A stretch of DNA of 64,000 nucleotides from Squalus acanthias (Eukaryota), in the NCBI GenBank assembly GCA_030390025.1, contig CM059432.1, forward strand, positions 19,036,001-19,100,000, given 5' to 3'. The notes beneath the pieces were generated by a model that was not told the origin of the DNA, made no database searches, and worked only from the letters and a program-made list of their open reading frames with translations. Below are positions 37,651 through 49,240 of this stretch, in pieces (position 1 is the first letter of the stretch; each line of letters opens with the position of its first letter). Position numbers and translations under genes: made by a program.

Positions 37651-39193
37651 CGAATCATTCTTCCCTTCAGGGAACTGAAGGATGAAGAAGGGCTCCACAG
37701 GAATACCCAGAAGCAAGTTGACCTGCATCTGAGGCAGTCTGCTCAAAGCCACCATTACATGAGGAGCTGAGTTTATAGACCCTGGCACAGTTATTGAGGA
37801 ATGTCTGAGGAGATCTGTCTCACCGCCTGCACTTCATTGGAGAGGCAGCCATGGAAGTTTACCAAGGACTGGGATGGCTACAGTCACTAGTGCCTTGAGC
37901 TTCTACAGAACAAAAAACGCTGGCCGGAATTTTCTGGGGTGGTAGCAGGCGTGATCGGTGGCGGGGCTGGAGGGAAAGTTGTTATTTTTGACAGCAGGTT
38001 GGGAACCCGCTGTCATCCCGCCCCCACGTGCCTTTCCCCCGGGCGCGTCTGTTATTACGGAGCCGGCCCGACCGGCAGCAGCGGGGGAACCCAATTGAGA
38101 TGATTAACAGCTAGCTGTCAGACCCTTAACAGGCTTTTTTTAACTTAATTTTTAAACTTAACGGATTGGCCACCCAACTACGCTGCTCGGGAATCATGTC
38201 TGTCAACCTGAGGCGGGAGTTCAGTGGTCATTGCTCCAGCTGATTACTTGACAGCATCAAATGTACAGTAAAAGCTCCCACCTGACAGATGATCACTTTC
38301 CTCAGGCAGAAGCTGTTGCTCAGTCCATTTCCAGCACAGATTCTGCAGGCTGCAAGTCTTTCCAGCAAAGTCACCATCCAGTCTCAGCTCATTGCAAGAA
38401 CTCGCTCACCATTGACAGAATGCTTCTGTCATCTGTACTTCACCTGCCATCTATTCCATCAACATGGGTGCCGTTTATACTGTCTCACCTTGGTCCACAG
38501 AATCCGACCACCCAACACCAGCAGCACCAGGCACACCAGCAGCACCAACAACAACACCAAACTTGTCCGCAATCACCTGATGCTGCACAGGACAGAGATC
38601 ATCAGTACCTGAGCACATTGCTGCCTGGGAGGCCAGGCAGGGATGGTGTCACCATGGCCAGATTTACTTCACTTCACGCTGCACACCCTGGCTGCCTTAT
38701 GATGCGCCTGGTTGGCACCACCCCACACCAACACCATAAAGCATCCCTACAATGACCAAGCCATTCCTTTCACAATCATCACCATTGTGGGGGGTACCGT
38801 TATGTCTCACCATTCAATGCAACTCACTAAGCCACTTCCAAAGATGCACACAAATCTATCCAAGAACGCAAAGTGTTGAAAATAAAGGCCGTAATTTTGC
38901 CAGCACTCAGCGGACGGGATGGGTGGCGGGTCAGCTGTTCAATTTTAAATGATTGACAGCGGATTGGAAATGCGCACACTGGACTTTCCCGATGTCGGGT
39001 CTGTCAGCGCTGAACAGACCCAACAGGCAGCGGTGGGGTATGCAATTAAAATCATTAGCGGCTTCTTTACAGCCACTTAACAATGCTTTTTGGATTTGAC
39101 AGGTCGCCCACCGGTTTCCCGCTGTGCCTAGAGTCTTGTAGTGTCCCCCACCCTTCCACCTCCTCTAACCTAAAGGGGGTGACTGTATATCAG

Positions 39194-39394
39194 GAGGCCC
39201 GGTGAGTATCTAAACTCACTTTCACGGGCTTTTGTTTGCAGAGGCTGGTGTCGGGAGCGGAGAGAGCCGAGGCCCGGTGAGTATCTAAACTCACTTTCGC
39301 GGGCTTTTGTTTGCAGAGGCTGGTGTCGGGAGCGGAGAGAGCCGAGGCCCGGTGAGTATCTAAACTCACTTTTGCGGGCTTTTGTTTGCAGAGG
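39194..39394 (+). repeat. 75-bp tandem repeat (about 2.7 units) in the CR1 5' UTR
   Basis: gaggcccggtgagtatctaaactcact... starts at 39194, 39269 and 39344. Confidence 0.9.
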
Positions 39395-39679
39395 TTTACC
39401 AATCTCAGACCGGTGGTGGCGTTCCAGAGCCACGTCACGATTCAAACGTGATGTGGGCAGGAGGGAGCGGCTGATTGGGTGAGTACGGCAGGTTAGTATT
39501 TATACTACTTTATAGTTTGATAGTTAAGGTTCATAGTTTATAAAGTTTCGAAGATCTTAATTTTGTGATTATAATTTCTAGTGCTAGTAACCAAGGGCCC
39601 TTGAGTAATTCATTTAATTGAGTGAAATTGGTGGTATTGATTTGATTTAGTTAAAGTTCAATTAATTAAAGGGTAAGTC

Positions 39680-42600
39680 ATGGCAGGACAGCCCAGCCCC
39701 GTGTTATGCTCCTCTTGCTCTATGTGGGAAATCAGGGATCCTTCCGGTGTCCCTGACGACCATGTGTGCGGGAAGTGTATCCAGCTGCAGCTACTGACAG
39801 ACCGCATTGCAGCGCTGGAGCTGCGGCTGGATGCATATTGGAGCATTCGCGATGCTGAGAACCTCGTGGATAGCATGTTTAGAGAGTTGGACACACCGCA
39901 GGTGAAGGGTGTACAGGCAGGAAGGGAATGGGTGACCACCAGGCAGAGTAGGAGGTGCAGGCAGGTAGTGCAGGGGTCCCCTGTGGCCATCCCCCTCTCA
40001 AACAGATATACCGCTTTGGATACTGTTGGGGGGCATGACTTAGCAGGGGAAGGCAGCAGCAGCCAAATTCCTGGCACCATGGGCGGCTCTGCTGCACAGG
40101 CTGGGAGAAAAAAGAGTGGAAGAGCTATAGTGATAGGGGACTCAATTGTAAGGGGACTAGATAGGTGTTTCTGCGGCCGCAACCGAGACTCCAGGAGCTG
40201 GGAGCTTAACATACAGGGGTATTCAGTATTTAGGAAGGATCGACAAAAAAGAAAGGGAGGAGGGGTAGCATTGCTGGTAAAAGAGGGGATAAATGCAATT
40301 GAAAGGAAGGATATTAACTCAGTTAATACAGAATCTATATGGGTGGAGCTAAGAAATAGCGAGGGGCGAAAAACATTAATAGGAGTGGTATATAGGCCTC
40401 CAAATAGTAAAATAGAGGTTGGGGAGGGCATCACGAGGGAAATTAGAGAAGCGTGCAATAAGAGCACAGCTGTCATCATAGGTGACTTTAACTTACATAT
40501 AGATTGGACTAGCCAAATCAGTAAAAATAATGAGGAGGAGGAATTCCTTGAGTGTTTAAGGGATGGTTATCTGGATCAATATGTCGAGGAACCAACTCGG
40601 GAACAGGCTATATTGGACTGGGTACTGTGCAATGAGAAGGGACTAATTAGTAATCTTGTTGTACGGGGACCCTTGGGTCAGAGCGATCATAACATGATCG
40701 ATTTCTCACTCGAAATGGAGAGCGAAGAAATTGACTCAGAGACTAAGGTCCTGAATTTAAACAAGGGGAATTATGATGCCATTAGACGGGAACTGAGTAG
40801 GTCTGATTGGACAACGTTCCTGGGAGGACTGGAGGTAGATAAACAATGGCAAGCATTTAAAGATAGAATGACAAAATTGCAAAAATTGTTTATACCAATC
40901 TGGCATAAAAGGAAATCTAAAAAGGTGACTCAACCGTGGATAACAGGGGAAATTAGAGACAGCATAAAATCCAAAGATAGGGCGTATAAAATAGCCAAAA
41001 AAAGCGCCAGAGCGGAAGATTGGGAACAGTTTAAGATAGAGCAAAGGAGGACAAAGGGCTTAATCAAGAGGGGCAAAATAGCTTACGAAAGCAAGCTGGC
41101 GGAAAATATAAAAACTAACTCCAAAAGCTTTTATAAGTATATCAAGAGGAAAAGACTGGTGAAAACCAAAGTTGGTCCATTGCAGTCAGATACGGGGGAA
41201 TATATAACGGGAAATAAGGAAATGGCAGACCAACTAAATGCATACTTTGGGTCAGTCTTTACGAAGGAAGACACAAAAAACCTCCCTGGGATGTCGGGAA
41301 AAATAGGGACATTGGCAAAGGAGGAACTGACGCAAATCAATATCTCTAAGGATATGGTGTTAAGGAAGCTAAAGGGATTGAAGGCGGACAAATCCCCAGG
41401 GCCTGATAACATGCATCCTAGGGTACTGAAGGAGATGGCCCTAGAGATAGCGGATGCACTAAGTATGATTTTTCAGAATTCATTAGACTCGGGAACAGTG
41501 CCCATGGATTGGAGGGTAGCTAACGTTACCCCACTATTCAAAAAGGGGGGTAGGGAAAAAGCAGGTAATTACAGACCTGTAAGCCTTACATCAGTTGTGG
41601 GCAAAATGCTGGAGTCCATCATTAAGGATGAAATAGCGGAGCACTTAGCAAATGGGGACAGGATAGGACAGAGTCAACATGGATTTACAAAGGGTAAATC
41701 GTGCTTGACTAATCTATTGGAATTTTTTGAGGGAGTAACTGGTAAAATAGATGGGGGAGAGCCAGTAGATGTGGTGTACCTGGACTTCCAAAAGGCCTTC
41801 GACAAGGTCCCACATAAAAGATTAGCATGGAAAATTGAAGCTCATGGGATAAAGGGGAAAGTATTGACGTGGATAGAGAACTGGCTGTCAGATAGAAAAC
41901 AGAGAGTTGGAATAAACGGCTCATTTTCTGAATGGCAGGCAGTAACAAGTGGGGTACCACAGGGATCTGTCCTGGGTCCCCAGCTGTTCACAATTTACAT
42001 TAATGACCTGGATCAGGGAGTCGGATGCAGCATTTCCAAATTTGCAGACGACACTAAACTAGGAGGGGGGGTGGGCTCAGAGGAGGAGACCAGGAAGCTC
42101 CAGAGCGATTTGGACAGACTGGGTGATTGGGCGGATAAATGGCAGATGCACTATAATGTGGACAAGTGCGAAGTTATCCACCTTGGGTGCAGGAACGGGA
42201 GGGCAAATTATTATTTAAATGGCAATAAATTGGGAGAGGGGGAAGTACAGAGAGACCTGGGTGTTCTTGTACACCAGTCACTGAAGGCGAGCATGCAGGT
42301 GCAACAGGCGGTCAAGAAGGCAAACGGTATGCTGGCCTTCATAGCAAAAGGGTTGGAATACAGGAACAGGGATACCTTGCTGCAGCTGTACAGGGCACTG
42401 GTGAGACCACACCTCGAGTACTGTGTACAGTTTTGGTCGCCTCATCTGAGGAAAGATGTTCTTGCCATGGAGGGGGTGCAGCGGCGATTCACCAGGCTGA
42501 TACCAGGAATGGCGGGATTGACCTATGAGGAGAGACTATGTAGTTTAGGGATGTACACACTGGAGTTTAGAAGATTGAGAGGGGACCTCATAGAAGTGTA

Positions 42601-42880
42601 TAAAATTCTGACAGGTCTAGACAGACTAGATGCAGAAGGAATGTTTCCCTTGGCGGGTGAGAACAGAACTAAAGGACATAATTTAAGGATAAGGGCTAAA
42701 CCATTTAGGACAGAAATGAGGGGGAATTTCTTCACTCAGAGGGTGGTGAACCTGTGGAACTCATTGCCACAGAGGGCAGTGTACGCCAGCTCATTAAATA
42801 TATTTAAGAGGGAATTAGATATATTTCTACAGGCAAAAGGGGTTAAGGGTTACGGAGAGAAGGCGGGGACGGGATACTGA
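39680..42880 (+). CDS. Chimeric 1066-aa ORF: CR1 ORF1 N-terminus (about 172 aa) fused in frame to the 5'-truncated ORF2 (partial APE + RT) of a nested CR1
   Basis: Junction RNRDSR|SWELNIQGY at about 40196. Open to TGA at 42880. RT motifs intact. Confidence 0.75.
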   Translation: MAGQPSPVLCSSCSMWEIRDPSGVPDDHVCGKCIQLQLLTDRIAALELRLDAYWSIRDAENLVDSMFRELDTPQVKGVQAGREWVTTRQSRRCRQVVQGSPVAIPLSNRYTALDTVGGHDLAGEGSSSQIPGTMGGSAAQAGRKKSGRAIVIGDSIVRGLDRCFCGRNRDSRSWELNIQGYSVFRKDRQKRKGGGVALLVKEGINAIERKDINSVNTESIWVELRNSEGRKTLIGVVYRPPNSKIEVGEGITREIREACNKSTAVIIGDFNLHIDWTSQISKNNEEEEFLECLRDGYLDQYVEEPTREQAILDWVLCNEKGLISNLVVRGPLGQSDHNMIDFSLEMESEEIDSETKVLNLNKGNYDAIRRELSRSDWTTFLGGLEVDKQWQAFKDRMTKLQKLFIPIWHKRKSKKVTQPWITGEIRDSIKSKDRAYKIAKKSARAEDWEQFKIEQRRTKGLIKRGKIAYESKLAENIKTNSKSFYKYIKRKRLVKTKVGPLQSDTGEYITGNKEMADQLNAYFGSVFTKEDTKNLPGMSGKIGTLAKEELTQINISKDMVLRKLKGLKADKSPGPDNMHPRVLKEMALEIADALSMIFQNSLDSGTVPMDWRVANVTPLFKKGGREKAGNYRPVSLTSVVGKMLESIIKDEIAEHLANGDRIGQSQHGFTKGKSCLTNLLEFFEGVTGKIDGGEPVDVVYLDFQKAFDKVPHKRLAWKIEAHGIKGKVLTWIENWLSDRKQRVGINGSFSEWQAVTSGVPQGSVLGPQLFTIYINDLDQGVGCSISKFADDTKLGGGVGSEEETRKLQSDLDRLGDWADKWQMHYNVDKCEVIHLGCRNGRANYYLNGNKLGEGEVQRDLGVLVHQSLKASMQVQQAVKKANGMLAFIAKGLEYRNRDTLLQLYRALVRPHLEYCVQFWSPHLRKDVLAMEGVQRRFTRLIPGMAGLTYEERLCSLGMYTLEFRRLRGDLIEVYKILTGLDRLDAEGMFPLAGENRTKGHNLRIRAKPFRTEMRGNFFTQRVVNLWNSLPQRAVYASSLNIFKRELDIFLQAKGVKGYGEKAGTGY

Positions 42881-42980
42881 ATTGGAGGATCAGCCATGAT
42901 CTCATTAAATGGCGGAGCAGGCTCGAAGGGCCGGATGGCCTACTCCTGCTCCTATCTTCTATGTATCTATGTATCTATGT
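40197..42980 (+). mobile_element. Nested 5'-truncated young CR1 of a different subfamily
   Basis: Flanked by AGGA (40193-96, 42981-84). Ends in the stem-loop and (tatctatg)n. Confidence 0.92.
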
Positions 42981-45134
42981 AGGATGGTGTGTTGCCTCCC
43001 TGGTGCAAGGGTCAAGGACGTCTCGGAGCGGCTACAGAACATTTTGGAGGGCGAGGGCGAACAGCCAGCTGTCATGGTGCACATAGGCACCAACGATGTA
43101 GGTAAAAAACGGGATGAGGTCCTAAAAGCAGAATATAGGGAGTTAGGAGGTAAATTAAAAATAGGACCTCAAAGGTAGTAATCTCAGGATTGCTACCAGT
43201 GCCACGTGCTAGTCAGAGTAGAAATAGGAGGATATTTCAAATGAATACGTGGCTAGAGGAATGGTGCAAGGGGGAGGGATTCAAATTCCTGGGACATTGG
43301 AACCAGTTCTGGGGGAGGTGGGACCAGTACAAACCGGACGGTCTGCACCTGGGCAGGGCCGGGACCACTGTCCTAGGGGGAGTGTTTGCTAGTGCTGTTG
43401 GGGAGGATTTAAACTAATGTGACAGGGGGTTGGGAACCTGAGCAGGGAGACAGAGGAAAGCATGTCAGGAAGGGACAGAAGGTATGGAGTAAAAGTTAAA
43501 GTGTTAAATAAGGAAAAAGCAGGAAGTAAGTGTCACAAAACACATTTGAAAGTTGTTTATCTGAATGCACGTAGCATTCGTAACAAAATGGACGAGTTAA
43601 CGGCACAAATAACTATGTATGGGTATGATCTTGTGGCCATTACAGAAACATGGCTGCAGGGTGACAACGTCTGGGAATTAAATATGCCAGGGTATTTAAC
43701 AATCAGGAAGGACAGGCAGGAAGGAAGGGGAGGGGAGGGGTGGCTATGTTAATAAAGGAAGGAATCACTGTAATACAGAGAAATGATATTGGGTCAAAAG
43801 ATCAGGATAATGAAACAGTTTGGGTAGAGATAAGGAATAATAAGGGGCAAAAAACACTGGTGGGCGTAGTATATAGGCCTCCTAATAGTTGCAACTCTGT
43901 TGGAAGAAGTATTAATCAGGAAATAGTTGGGGCATGTAATAAGGGAACAGCTATAATTATGGGGGATTTTAACTATCATATTAACTGGACAAATCAAATT
44001 GGGCAGGGCAGCCTTGAGGAAGAGTTTATTGAGTGTCTTAGGGATGGATTTCTTGAGCAGTTTGTAACTGATCCTACAAGGGGGCAAGCAACCTTGGACC
44101 TGGTCCTGTGTAATGAGTCAGGATTAATTAATAATGTCCTAGTTAAGGATCCCCTTGGAATGAGTGACCATAACATGGTTGAATTCCATATCCAATTAGA
44201 GGGTGAGAAGGTTGGTTCTCAAACAAGCATACTGAGCTTGAATAAAGGAGACTATGATGGTATGAGGGCAGAATTGATTAAAGTGGACTGTGAAAATAGA
44301 TTAAAGGGTAAGACGGTACATGAGCAGTGGTGTTCATTCAAGGAGTTATTTTACAACTTTCAAAATAAATATATTCCACTGAGGAAAAAAGGGTGTAAAA
44401 GAAATGACAGCCATCCATGGCTAAGTAAAGAAATTAAAGAAAGTATCCAACTAAAAGCAAGGACATATAAGGTAGCCAAAGTTAGTGGGAGGATAGAAGA
44501 TTGGGAAGTCTTCAAAAGACAACAAAAAGTAACTAAAGGATTGATTAAGAAAGGGAAAATAGACTATGAAAATAAATTAGCAAAAAATATAAAAACAGAT
44601 AGCAAGAGTTTCTATAGTTATATAAAAAGAAAAAGGGTGGTTAAGGCAAACGTAGGTCCCTTAGAGGATGAGACCAGGAAATTAATGGTGGGAAACATGG
44701 AGATGGCAAAAATGCTGAACAAATATTTTGTTTCAGTCTTTACGGTAGAGGACACTAAGAATATCCCAACACTGGACAAACAGGGGGCTCTAGTGGGGGA
44801 GGAGCTAAATACGATTAAAATCACTAAGGAATTGGTACTCAGTAAAATAATGGGACTCAAGGCGGATAAATCCCCTGGACCTGATGGCTTACATCCTAGG
44901 GTCTTGAGGGAAGTGGCAGTAGGAATTGTGGATGCTTTGGTAATAATTTTCCAAAACTCCCTGAACTCAGCAAAGGTCCCGGCAGATTGGAAAACTGCTA
45001 ATGTAACACCCTTATTTAAAAAGGGTTGTAGGCAGAAGGCTGGAAATTATAGACCAGTTAGCCTAACATCTGTGGTGGGTAAAATTTTGGAGTTTATTAT
45101 TAAGGAGACAGTAACGGAACATTTAGATAAACAT

Positions 45135-45570
45135 GGGCAACACGGTGGCATAGTGGTTAGCACTGGTGCCTCACAGCGCCAGTGACCCGGGTTCAAATCT
45201 GACCTCGGGTGACTGTCTGTGTGGAGTTTGCACATTCTCCCCGTGTCTGCGTGGGTTTCCTCCGGGTGCTCCGGTTTCCTCCCACAGTCCAAAAATGTGC
45301 GGGTTAGGTTGATTTGGCTATGATAAATTGACCCTTAGTGTTAGGGGGGTATTAAATATGTGGGGTTATGGGGATAGGATGGGATATGTTAGGGGGAATT
45401 AAATACATGGGGTTACGGGGGTAGGGTGGGATATGTGTACTGTGGGGATTAAAGCAGGGACAGGGTACTGGATTTGGATGATCAGCCATGATCGTATTGA
45501 ATGGTGGAGCAGGCTCGACGGGCCGAATGGCCTACTCCTGCTCCTAGATTCTATGTTTCTATGTTTCTAT
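45135..45570 (+). mobile_element. tRNA-derived V-SINE (HE1-like) inserted in CR1 ORF2
   Basis: A box TGGCATAGTGG, B box GGTTCAAATC, V domain gtgtggagtttgcacattctccccgtgtctgcgtgggtttcctccgggtgctccggtttcctcccaca and a CR1-type tail. Splits HLDKH|NLIGQSQHGF. Confidence 0.9.
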
Positions 45571-48500
45571 AATTTAATAGGACAAAGTCAGCATGGCTTT
45601 ATAAAGGGGAAGTCATGTCTGACAAATTTGCTCGAGTTCTTTGAGGACATAACGTACAGGGTGGATAAAGGGGAACCAGTGGATGTAGTGTATTTAGACT
45701 TCCAGAAGGCATTCGACAAGGTGCCACATAAAAGATTATTACTCAAGGTAAAAAATCACTGGATTGGGGGTAATATTCTGGCATGGGTGGAGGATTGGTT
45801 ATCTAACAGGAAACAGAGAGTTGGGATAAATGGTTCATTCTCGGACTGGCAACCAGTAGCTAGTGGTGTTCCGCAGGGGTCGGTGCTGGGTCCCCAACTC
45901 TTTACAATCTATATTAACGATTTGGAGGAGGGGACCGAGTGTAACATATCAAAGTTTGCAGATGATACAAAGATGGGAGGGAAAGTAGAGAGTGAGGAGG
46001 ACATAAAAAACCTACAAGGGGATATAGACAGGCTGGGTGAGTGGGCAGAGATTTGGCAGATGCAATATAATATTGGAAAATGTGAGGTTATGCACTTTGG
46101 CAGGAAAAATCAGAGAGCAAGTTATTATCTTAATGGCGAGAAACTGGAAAGTACTGCAGTACAAAGGGATCTGGGGGTCTTGGTGCAAGAAAATCAAAAA
46201 GTTAGTATGCAGGTGCAGCAGGTGATCAAGAAAGCCAATGGAATGTTGGCTTTTATTGCTAGGGGGATAGAATATAAAAACAGGGAGGTATTGCTGCAGT
46301 TGTATAGGGTATTGGTGAGACTGCACCTGGAATACTGCATACAGTTTTGGTGTCCATACTTAAGAAAAGACATACTTGCTCTCGAGGCAGTACAAAGAAG
46401 GTTCACTCGGTTAATTCCGAGGATGATGGGGTGGACATACGAGGAGAGGTTGAGTAGATTGGGACTCTACTCATTGGAGTTCAGAAGAATGAGAGGCGAT
46501 CTTATTGAAACATATAAGATTGTGAAGGGGCTTGATCGGGTGGACGCGGTGAGGATGTTCCCAATGATGGGTGAAACAAGAACTAGGGGACATAATCTTA
46601 GAATAAGGGGCTGCTCTTTCAAAACTGAGATGAGGAGAAACTTTTTCACTCAGGAGGGTAGTGGGTCTGTGGAATTTGCTACCCCAGGAAGCTGTGGAAG
46701 CTACTTCATTAAATAAATTTAAAACAGAAATAGACCGTTTCCTAGAAGTAAAGGGAATTAGGGGTTACGGGGAGCGGGCTGGAAATTGGACATGAGTTTG
46801 AGTTCGGATCGGTCAAGGCCCTGTGGGTGGCGGAGCGGGCCCAGGGGCCGAGTGGCCTGGTCCTGCTCCTACTTCTTGTGTTCTTTAGAGTTGAGGTTGG
46901 ATCAGATCAGCCATGATCTCATTGAATGGCGGAGCAGGCTCGAGGGGCCGATTGGTCTACTCCTGCTCCTATTTCTTATGTTCTGTGAAGCTGAGGCAGG
47001 AGGCCACTTACCATTGTTTCAGCTGATGAGTTGACAGATTCAAATGTCAGTCAAAGCTCCCAGCTGATTGAGAAATGTTCCCTTAGCCACTAGCTTCTCT
47101 AAACTGCACTTCCACTGCAGATTCAGAATGCTGCAAGTCTTTACACAAGTCTCCATCCAGTCTGACCTCATTACCTTTCCCACCATTGATAGATCACTTC
47201 TGTCATCACTACTTCACCTGCCATCTATTCCATCAGCCTCGGTGCATTTTATACTCTCTCACCTTGGTCCTCAGAATCCCATCACGATCAGCCCCAACAC
47301 CAGCAGCACCAGGCATACCAGCAGCACCAATAACAACAGCAGCCTTCTCCACAATCAACTGATGCTGCACAGGACAGATGGCATCAGCACCCGACCACAC
47401 TGCTGCCTGGGAGGCCAGGGATGGCCTCACCATGGCCAGATTTACTTCACTTGACGCTGTACACCCTGGCTGCCATATGATGTGCCAGGTTGGCACCAAC
47501 CCCACATTAACATCATAAAGCATCCCTACAATGCCCAAGCCATTCCTTTCAAATTCATCACCATTGCGGTGGGTACCGTTACGTCTCACCATTCACTGCA
47601 ACTCACTAAGCCACTTTCAAAAGTGCACACAAATCTGTCCAAGAACGCAAAGTGTTGAAAATAAAGATTTGAATCTTTGACAGCACATTAACTGAAACTT
47701 TACATGAACATTGGCTAAAACATAAGTGCCTACCCTTGTGTGTTGTTAGTTGGTATGATTGGACGAGGATGAGGGTGAGTGTGAGGGGTGGCTAGTGAGA
47801 TGGGGAAGTGATAATGTAGATAGAGAGGGATGGGTGGAGGTGCAAGGTAAGTTGGTGTGAGTAAGGATGTGCAGGAGTAGGGTAGGGAAGGCAGAGTGAT
47901 GGGGATGTGATGAGTGGCACAGGAGGACGAGGTTGAGTGTAGCTTTGCAGTCACGTTTCGTGATCTACTGTGATCATTGAAAAGTTTGCGCCACTGCAGC
48001 CTGGTCCTCCTGACGACATCCCTGCTTGTGCCCTCCTGTGCAATGTGAAACCAGGCTGTGTTGGTCTCCTGGGGAGGTCACTACCACCCATTGGGAGGGA
48101 AGAAACCTCCCTGTGTGCTGTGACTCCCTCCATATGCATATGGAGGGAGTAATGGGAGATCCTGGGTGCAGCCTTGCACCTTTGGGCAGTGATTGTCAGT
48201 GTTTGCAGCACCTCAATGCTGTCGAATACTGACAGCACAAATGTCAAAGTAAATTTGTGCATGGCCCCTTTAAGGAAACCGGCTGATGACGCGTCATCAA
48301 ATAACATCATCAGATCAGCTTGCTTCAATTGGCCGGGAAATGCGCTGGGTGGTCTTAACAAGCCTAATCAGGGGAAAGTCATGTCGGAGGCCGGGATGGA
48401 GACAGGAGTGGGGCTGGGACCCACCATCGCTGTTGCCCGCCATGGACCCGCCGAGGCAGGGAAAATCGCGGCCAAAGATTTTTATGTTTGGCACCACATT

Positions 48501-49240
48501 AACAGAAACTTTACATAAACAGTGGATAAAACACCCAAGTGGCTATCCTTTTGTGTTGTTAGTTGGTATGATTGCACGAGGATGAGGGTGAGTGTAAGGG
48601 GTGGCTAGTGAGATGGGGAAGTGATAATGTAGATAGAGAGGGATTGGTGGAGGTGCAAGGTATGTTGGTGTGAGTAAGGATGTGCAGGAGTAGGGTAGGG
48701 AAGGCAGAGTGATGGGGATGTGATGAGATGCACAGCAGGATAAAGTTGCGTGTGGCTTTGTACTAACGCTTCCTGATCTAATGAGATCATTAAAAGGTTT
48801 GCACCACTGCACCCAGGTCCTTTTGACAACATCCCTGCTTGTGACCTCCGCTGCAATCTGCAACCAGGCTGTTTTGGTCTCCTGGGGAGGTCTCTTGCAC
48901 CCATCGGAAGGGTGCTGCGTGCTCTGACTCCCTCCAGAAGCATATGCAGGGAGTCATCGGAGAACCTGGGTGCAGCCCTCTGCCTCTGTGCAGTGATTGT
49001 CAGTGTTTGCAGCACTCCAATGCTGTAGTACATTGACAGCACTATGTTAGATTAAACATCAAATCGAATGTGGCCATGGTCCCTTCAAACATCCCGGCTG
49101 AAAACTCATCATGAATGACGTCACCAGATCCGCTCCATTTAATTGGACTGGGTAACGCGCTGGGCAGAGGGAACCAGGGAGCTGCCAATGGTTCCTTGCC
49201 ACGTCCCTGCTCCCAGTCCTCCTGTTACCACCTGAAATCT

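Larger units (their letters stand above)
39140..46984 (+). mobile_element. Full-length CR1 LINE (5' UTR, ORF1 zinc-finger/coiled-coil/SGNH esterase, ORF2 APE-RT), disrupted by two insertions and frameshifts
   Basis: ORF1 CSSC..CGKC, IPLSNRY, GDSIVRG (39680-40196) continuing as MVCCLPGA..HIGTND..DGLHL (42981-43417). ORF2 YLNARS..ITETW from about 43550. Frameshifts near 43160, 43735 and 46655. Tail ends at 46984. Confidence 0.92.
38887..48473 (-). mobile_element. Inner non-autonomous Harbinger derivative (parts 38887-39139 and 46985-48473)
   Basis: TIRs GGCCGTAATTTT / GGCCGCGATTTT. TSD AAA. The paralog at about 27375-27420 shows the uninterrupted junction. Confidence 0.82.
37922..49240 (-). 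mobile_element. Outer non-autonomous Harbinger derivative (parts 37922-38886 and 48474-about 49240)
   Basis: TIR GGCCGGAATTTT at 37922. Sequence ...gttgaaaataaa|gattt... resumes at 48474-48480. Myb relic RTWVQWCKPFNDLIRS. Right end degraded. Confidence 0.7.

Noticed and set aside
37655..37900. Coding-like purine-rich stretch after ttcccttcag
   Set aside because: Short frames with stops and no recognisable homology.
39194..39394. CRISPR-like array
   Set aside because: Contiguous tandem units without unique spacers, in a eukaryotic LINE 5' UTR.
45135..45215. tRNA gene
   Set aside because: A/B boxes continue into a V domain and LINE tail, so it is a SINE head. The same applies to about 30365-30436.
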